A stretch of 51,121 nt of DNA from Coriobacteriia bacterium. GTDB taxonomy: Bacteria; Actinomycetota; Coriobacteriia; Anaerosomatales; PALSA-660. Within the stretch, counting starts at the first letter, position 1. The number at the start of each line of letters is the position of its first letter. A program made the translations under genes and the position numbers. Below, piece by piece: positions 46,066-51,121 of the stretch. The DNA lies in assembly GCA_030651905.1 (NCBI GenBank), contig JAUSBS010000001.1:1-51121 (forward strand), read 5' to 3'. The notes beneath the pieces were generated by a model. The model saw nothing but the letters and a program-made list of their open reading frames with translations. It did no database searches and had not been told where the DNA came from.

Positions 46066-47727
46066 CTAGCTCGCGAAGACCTTGGCGTCGCTCAGGCCCA
46101 ACTGCTCCCGCGCCATGTCCCGGAGCTTGTACTTCTGGATCTTTCCGGACGCGGTCATCGGGAACGTATCCACGAAGAAGACGTACTTCGGGCACTTGTA
46201 GCGCGCCAGGCGCGCTCGCGTGTATTCCTGCACGTCGCCCTCACTGACGTCGCATCCTTCGGCGCGCACGATGAAGGCACCGACCACCTCGCCGTACTTC
46301 GCGTCGGGCACGCCCACGACCTGCACGTCCTTGATGCCCGGCATCGTGTAGAGGAACTCCTCGATCTCGCGCGGATAGATGTTCTCGCCGCCGCGGATGA
46401 TCATGTCCTTGATGCGCCCCGTGATGCGGTAGTAGCCCGCCTCGTCCACGGTGCCCAGGTCGCCCGAGTGAAGCCAGCCGTCGGCGTCGATCGCCTTCTC
46501 GGTGGCCTCGGGCATGTTGTAGTAGCCCTTCATGATGTTGTAGCCGCGGCAGAGCAGCTCGCCGGGGACGTCCGGCGGGCAGTCCTCGCCGGTCTCCGGA
46601 TCCACCACGCGGACCTCGATCTCGTCGTGCCGTCGGCCGACCGTCTCACACTTGCGCTCGAGCGTGTCCTCGGTCGTCGTCTGAGTGAACACGGGTGACG
46701 CCTCGGTCAGCCCGTAGCAGATCGTCATCTCGGACGCGTGCATCCGGTCGATGACCTGCTTCATGGTCTCGATCGGGCACGGCGAGCCGGCCATGATCCC
46801 GGTGCGCAACGAGGTGAGGTCGAACATGTCGAACATCGGGTGCGCCAGCTCGGCGATGAACATCGTGGGCACTCCGTAGAGAGCGGTGGCCTTCTCCTTC
46901 TGGATCGCGGCCAGGACGATGACCGGGTCGAACGACTCGACCATGACGAGCGTGGCGCCGTGCGTCAGTACAGCCAGCACGCCCAGCACGCAGCCGAAGC
47001 AGTGGAACAGCGGCACCGGCAGGCACACGCGGTCTTCGGGCGTGAACTTCTGGCGCTCGCCGATGTAGAAGCCGTTGTTCAGGATGTTGGTGCTCGTGAG
47101 CATGACGCCCTTGGGAAAGCCCGTCGTTCCCGATGTGTATTGCATGTTCACGACGTCGTCGGCCTTCAGCGAGGCTGTGAGTCCGCGCAGTGGCTGGTCG
47201 GGCGTGTGCTCGCCGAGGACGAGCAGTTCCGGTACGTTGTAGAAGCCGCGATGCTTCTCGGGACCCATGTAGATGAGCGACTTCAACACCGGGAACTCAG
47301 TGCTGTTCAGGTGCCCGCGCTCCTGGATCGCAGCCTCCGGTACGAGTCCGCGGATGATATCCACGTAGTCGACGTCCCGGAAGGCGTCGATGATGACGAG
47401 CGCCTTCATGTCGGACTGCTTGATGACGTAGGCGAGTTCGTGGCTCTTGTAGACCGGGTTCACGGTCACGAGAACGGCGCCTATCTTCGCCGTGGCGAAC
47501 ATGAACGTCAGCCAGTCCGGCACGTTGCGCGCCCAGATGCCCACGTGGTCGCCCTTGCCGATCCCGATGGCGAGCAGCCCCTTGGCCAGCCTGTCGACAC
47601 GCTGATCGAACTGGGCGTACGTCCAGCGAAGATCGCGGTCCGGGTAGACGACGAAATCGCGACCGGGGTCCGCGGATGCCGTCTTCTCGAAGTACTGACC
47701 GATCGTGAGGTCGGTGTGCAGCTGCAT
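46066..47727 (-). CDS. AMP-forming acyl-CoA synthetase
   Basis: [38 protein letters not shown] and SGKIQK motifs. Confidence 0.95.
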   Translation of the reverse strand: MQLHTDLTIGQYFEKTASADPGRDFVVYPDRDLRWTYAQFDQRVDRLAKGLLAIGIGKGDHVGIWARNVPDWLTFMFATAKIGAVLVTVNPVYKSHELAYVIKQSDMKALVIIDAFRDVDYVDIIRGLVPEAAIQERGHLNSTEFPVLKSLIYMGPEKHRGFYNVPELLVLGEHTPDQPLRGLTASLKADDVVNMQYTSGTTGFPKGVMLTSTNILNNGFYIGERQKFTPEDRVCLPVPLFHCFGCVLGVLAVLTHGATLVMVESFDPVIVLAAIQKEKATALYGVPTMFIAELAHPMFDMFDLTSLRTGIMAGSPCPIETMKQVIDRMHASEMTICYGLTEASPVFTQTTTEDTLERKCETVGRRHDEIEVRVVDPETGEDCPPDVPGELLCRGYNIMKGYYNMPEATEKAIDADGWLHSGDLGTVDEAGYYRITGRIKDMIIRGGENIYPREIEEFLYTMPGIKDVQVVGVPDAKYGEVVGAFIVRAEGCDVSEGDVQEYTRARLARYKCPKYVFFVDTFPMTASGKIQKYKLRDMAREQLGLSDAKVFAS

Positions 47728-47736
47728 ATCCGCCCC

Positions 47737-48315
47737 CTACGCCGGAGCGTAGACGACGGCCAGGATGCGCGCGGGCGCGCGCCCGTATGCGCGGACCTGG
47801 TGCGGCACGACGGAGTCGTAGTAGATCGAGTCGCCGGCGGCCAACACATGGAGGTCCTTGCCGTACTCGACCTCGACCGAACCGTCCATCACGTGGATGA
47901 ACTCCTCGCCCTCGTGGGTGGAGAGCGAATGCTGTGAATCGCCCGCGGGCTGGACGTCGATGAGGAACGGCTCCATGTGACGAGCGGTCTTGCCGGCGGC
48001 GAGGGAGAAGAAGTCGAGTACGCCTCCGTCACTCGAGGTCTCCAGACTCTTCACACGACGGACCTCGTCGGCCTCGCCCTTGCGGGTCACGACCGGCCCG
48101 ACGCAGGTGTCGTCGTCCAGAAGGGTGCCGAGCCGTACGCCGAGCGCCCGCGTGATCTTGATGAGCGGCGCCAACGATGGTGCGACATCACCGGACTCGA
48201 GACTGGCGATCAGCGTCGCGTCGCAGTCACAACGCTCGGCAAGATCAGCGACCGACAGACCGAGCGACTCGCGCAGGGTCGTGAGCTTGGCACCGATCCG
48301 GTTCGCATCCGCCAT
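47737..48315 (-). CDS. XRE-family HTH-cupin transcriptional regulator
   Basis: HTH (LRESLGLS..DLAER, PSL..L.KI..ALGV) plus cupin (MEPF, HEGEEF, DSIYYDS..PH). Confidence 0.93.
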   Translation of the reverse strand: MADANRIGAKLTTLRESLGLSVADLAERCDCDATLIASLESGDVAPSLAPLIKITRALGVRLGTLLDDDTCVGPVVTRKGEADEVRRVKSLETSSDGGVLDFFSLAAGKTARHMEPFLIDVQPAGDSQHSLSTHEGEEFIHVMDGSVEVEYGKDLHVLAAGDSIYYDSVVPHQVRAYGRAPARILAVVYAPA

Positions 48316-48493
48316 GCGGCATACCCCTCCCCGAACAGACCGCGGACATTCGTGCGTACCGGCACGATACAACGCAGAGGTCACGATGTCCTGCATGGAC
48401 GCCGATGTGACCCGAGATGCTGACTTTAGGACGCCCGATGTGGCAGACTCCTCCAAGTCGGCACGTCCCCGACCCCGATCATGGAGGCCCCGC

Positions 48494-48898
48494 ATGTCCG
48501 ATGCTCCCGTCAGCGCTCCCGCACCGAAGAAGAATCCGGCGCGCACCCTCGTCGTCGTCGTCTTGGCTGTCGTCCTCGTGGGCTTCGTCGCCTTCGCCAC
48601 GACGCAGGTCACCGCGTCCCGTCAGGCCGACGTGGTCGGCGGCGTGCAGAAGTTCGCCATCGACACCGCGAGCGGCAAGTTCGTTCCCAACGTGATCAAC
48701 GCCAAGGCCGGCGTGCCTATCGAGATCACCTTCGGTGCAGGCGGCAACGCGTGCGCGGCGGCCGCCACGTTCGAGTTCGCCAACATCACACAGGACACCA
48801 AGGCCGGCGGCGTCGTGACACTGCCCGCCCTTGCAGCCGGTACATACGAGTGGATCGCCGCATGCGGCGACAACGGGGGCACGATCACCGTTCAGTAG
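48494..48898 (+). CDS. Membrane-anchored cupredoxin-like protein
   Basis: TM helix, then F.PN.I.AKAGVP.EITF and GTYEW..ACG...GTITV. Confidence 0.8.
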   Translation: MSDAPVSAPAPKKNPARTLVVVVLAVVLVGFVAFATTQVTASRQADVVGGVQKFAIDTASGKFVPNVINAKAGVPIEITFGAGGNACAAAATFEFANITQDTKAGGVVTLPALAAGTYEWIAACGDNGGTITVQ

Positions 48899-48947
48899 CA
48901 TCGCGGACCACTTGGGTATCTCTCCATCAACCGTCGAGAGGTGCCCC

Positions 48948-49946
48948 GTGCTCTATCCGCTGAGTCGCATCTGGAATCCGGCCGTCTACCAGGGCGGCGC
49001 ACGCACGCGGCGCTACTTCGAGGGCTGGTACCTGAAGCTGGTCGACGCCGACGGGCAGCACCCGCTCGCGCTCATCCCCGGCGTCTCGTTCTCCGCGGAC
49101 GGCTCCACACGCCAAGCGTTCGTCCAGCTCGTCAGGCCCGGCGGGACCGGACGGTACTTTGCTTACCCGGCAGATGCCTTCACCTTCACGAAGGACCGCT
49201 TCCGTATCGCGGTCGGAGACAGTCGTTTCGCCGAAGACGGGCTGGATGTCGACCTTCGCGATGAACACGGCGGCGTCTCCGGTTCGGTCCGGTTCGGCCC
49301 TTGGTCGCCCTGGCCGGTGCGGCCGCTGTCACCCGGCGTCATGGGCTGGTACCGCTTCGTGCCCGGGATGGAGTGCTACCACGGCGTCTTGTCCATGGAC
49401 CACTCCCTTTCCGGCACCCTCGTCGTCGACGGCGAAGTGCTCTCCTTCGACGGTGGACGCGGCTACGTCGAGAAGGACTGGGGCGCGAGCTTCCCGAGTT
49501 CGTGGATCTGGGCCCAGTCGAACCGCTTCGCCCGCCCCGGCGTCTCGGTGTCCGCATCCATCGCGCGCGTCCCGTGGATGAACGCCTCGTTCACGGGATC
49601 GATCGCGGGTCTGCTCCTGGACGGCGAACTGCACCGCTTCACGACGTACACGGGCGCCAAGCTCGCCTGCCTCAAGACGCGACCGGGCGAGGCCGACGTC
49701 GTGCTGCGTGACGCACGCGCGGAACTGGAGCTTCACATACAGGGCGCGGCCGTATCCGCGCTCAGGGCGCCGACTCTGGGTTCGATGGAGGCGCGAGCCG
49801 ACGAGGCCCTCGATGCGAACATCCACGTGACGCTTCGGACGATCCGCGGCGGTCGCGCTACCACGGTCTTCGACGCGGAAGGCCGCAGCGCCGGCGTCGA
49901 GATCATGGACGAGCGCGGCGAGCTGGAACCGGCGCCCCGCCCCTAG
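48948..49946 (+). CDS. Tocopherol cyclase family protein
   Basis: YFEGWY.K, MGW, MEC.HGV.SM.H and GYVEKDWG.SFP..WIW.QSN motifs. Confidence 0.88.
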   Translation: MLYPLSRIWNPAVYQGGARTRRYFEGWYLKLVDADGQHPLALIPGVSFSADGSTRQAFVQLVRPGGTGRYFAYPADAFTFTKDRFRIAVGDSRFAEDGLDVDLRDEHGGVSGSVRFGPWSPWPVRPLSPGVMGWYRFVPGMECYHGVLSMDHSLSGTLVVDGEVLSFDGGRGYVEKDWGASFPSSWIWAQSNRFARPGVSVSASIARVPWMNASFTGSIAGLLLDGELHRFTTYTGAKLACLKTRPGEADVVLRDARAELELHIQGAAVSALRAPTLGSMEARADEALDANIHVTLRTIRGGRATTVFDAEGRSAGVEIMDERGELEPAPRP

Positions 49947-51067
49947 TAGTAGCCGGGGTACATCCGCTTGCAGAAGGTGCGATATGTCAGCATGCGTGCG
50001 CGGTCGGCACGGCTGATGCGTCGATCCGGTGTGCTCAGCGCCCGGTCGATGAGAACCGTCCGATAGGTCGCGCTGCCCGCGCCGGGCGTGCGATCGCGGA
50101 ACACCGGAAGGACGCGGAGGTTCGAGACCGACGTCCCCTCGGCGCGCTTCGTCACCTTCGCCGTGACCATCGTCCCGAGGTCCGTGAGCCGCTTGGACTG
50201 GCCGCTGATGAAGTTGCCCATCGAGTAGACGATGTAGCGCCCCCGGTAGAGCTCCACGGGACGGACCACGTGGGGGTGAGAGCCCAAGACCAGGTCCGCT
50301 CCGCTGTCGATGAGGTAGCGCCCCTGCGCGCGAGTCCGGCTCTCGACTGTCGTCTTGTACTCGGAGCCCCAGTGCACGAAGACGACGACGATGTCGACGC
50401 TGGGCCGGACAGCCTGGATGTCGGCGCGCATCCGGGCGAGGTTGATGCGGTTGACCGCGCCGGCGAACGGGCTTCGGATGCCGTTGGTGGCGTAGGTGTA
50501 GGAGGCGAACGCGACCTTGATGCCGTTGCGCTCCGCGATGATGGGCGCAGGGTTGTTCGAGCCGAAGTGCGCCAGTCCGATGCGATCCAGGTAGCTCGTT
50601 GTGAAGCGGACCCCTCGCGCGCCGCCATCGAGGGTGTGGTTGTTCGCCGTGGAGAGCACGTCGAACCCGGCCGCCTTGATGGCGTCGGCGAACTGTCGCG
50701 GTGACTTGAACGCCGGGTAGCCCGAGTAGCGTCGATCCGACAGCGTGGTCTCGAGGTTGCCGACGGCGAGGTCGGCAGCCGAGATGGTGTCGGCGACTGG
50801 CGCGAACGCGGCCGTGAACGAGTAGCCGCTGCGCGTCTTGGCCGCCTTGAGTTGTGCGGCGTGACACATGATGTCGCCGACGGCCAGCAGCGTCATCGAC
50901 GGTTCGACCGAGGGCGACGTATCTCCGGACGCAAGGACCTCGGCGGTCATGACGGGCGCCTCAGGCCCCGCAGCGAGCGCGACGACCGGCGAGAAGAGGG
51001 TGCTTCCACCGGAGGCGAGCGTGAGCACCGCCGCCAGTACCAGCGAGACCGACCTTCGACCCATCAT
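49943..51067 (-). CDS. CapA/PgsA family protein (second paralog)
   Basis: VGDIMCH, GNLET, ANNHTLD, HWGSEY, GSHPHV and YSMGNF motifs; signal peptide. Confidence 0.92.
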   Translation of the reverse strand: MMGRRSVSLVLAAVLTLASGGSTLFSPVVALAAGPEAPVMTAEVLASGDTSPSVEPSMTLLAVGDIMCHAAQLKAAKTRSGYSFTAAFAPVADTISAADLAVGNLETTLSDRRYSGYPAFKSPRQFADAIKAAGFDVLSTANNHTLDGGARGVRFTTSYLDRIGLAHFGSNNPAPIIAERNGIKVAFASYTYATNGIRSPFAGAVNRINLARMRADIQAVRPSVDIVVVFVHWGSEYKTTVESRTRAQGRYLIDSGADLVLGSHPHVVRPVELYRGRYIVYSMGNFISGQSKRLTDLGTMVTAKVTKRAEGTSVSNLRVLPVFRDRTPGAGSATYRTVLIDRALSTPDRRISRADRARMLTYRTFCKRMYPGYY

Positions 51068-51121
51068 GGCGAACCCCCCGATGCTTGAAGCGCAGGCCCC
51101 TACTTCACGATGAATACCGGA

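Overview
High-GC chromosomal window (about 68-70% GC by eye) from an anaerobic bacterium. The lineage is inferred, not proven, to be Actinomycetota of the Coriobacteriia type. It holds about 54 CDS and 2 tRNAs (Gln-TTG, Phe-GAA); no CRISPR array, integrase or transposase was seen. The core is a housekeeping block (rsmI, abrB, metG, tatD, yabE-like, rsmA, veg, ispE, spoVG, tRNA-Gln, glmU, prs, rplY, pth) in Bacillus-like order, with a sigma-H-like promoter before spoVG. Other content: NfnAB-type bifurcating transhydrogenase, ApbE, a four-subunit 2-oxoacid:ferredoxin oxidoreductase next to an acyl-CoA synthetase, and several signalling genes. Two modules are the best candidates for undescribed systems. 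(1) A HEAT-repeat protein and a degenerate (YD instead of HD) HD-GYP protein share a homologous N-terminal 'LYP' domain. They are transcribed divergently from an ImmA/IrrE-like protein lacking its catalytic Glu, across back-to-back sigma-28-like GCCGATAC elements. (2) A WxL-like/DUF916 surface module is coupled to an orphan LytTR regulator, with a cluster of AlgR-type CCGYTCGTC boxes upstream of the secreted subunit and one in the regulator's own upstream region. All calls come from motif recognition only; no database searches were run.
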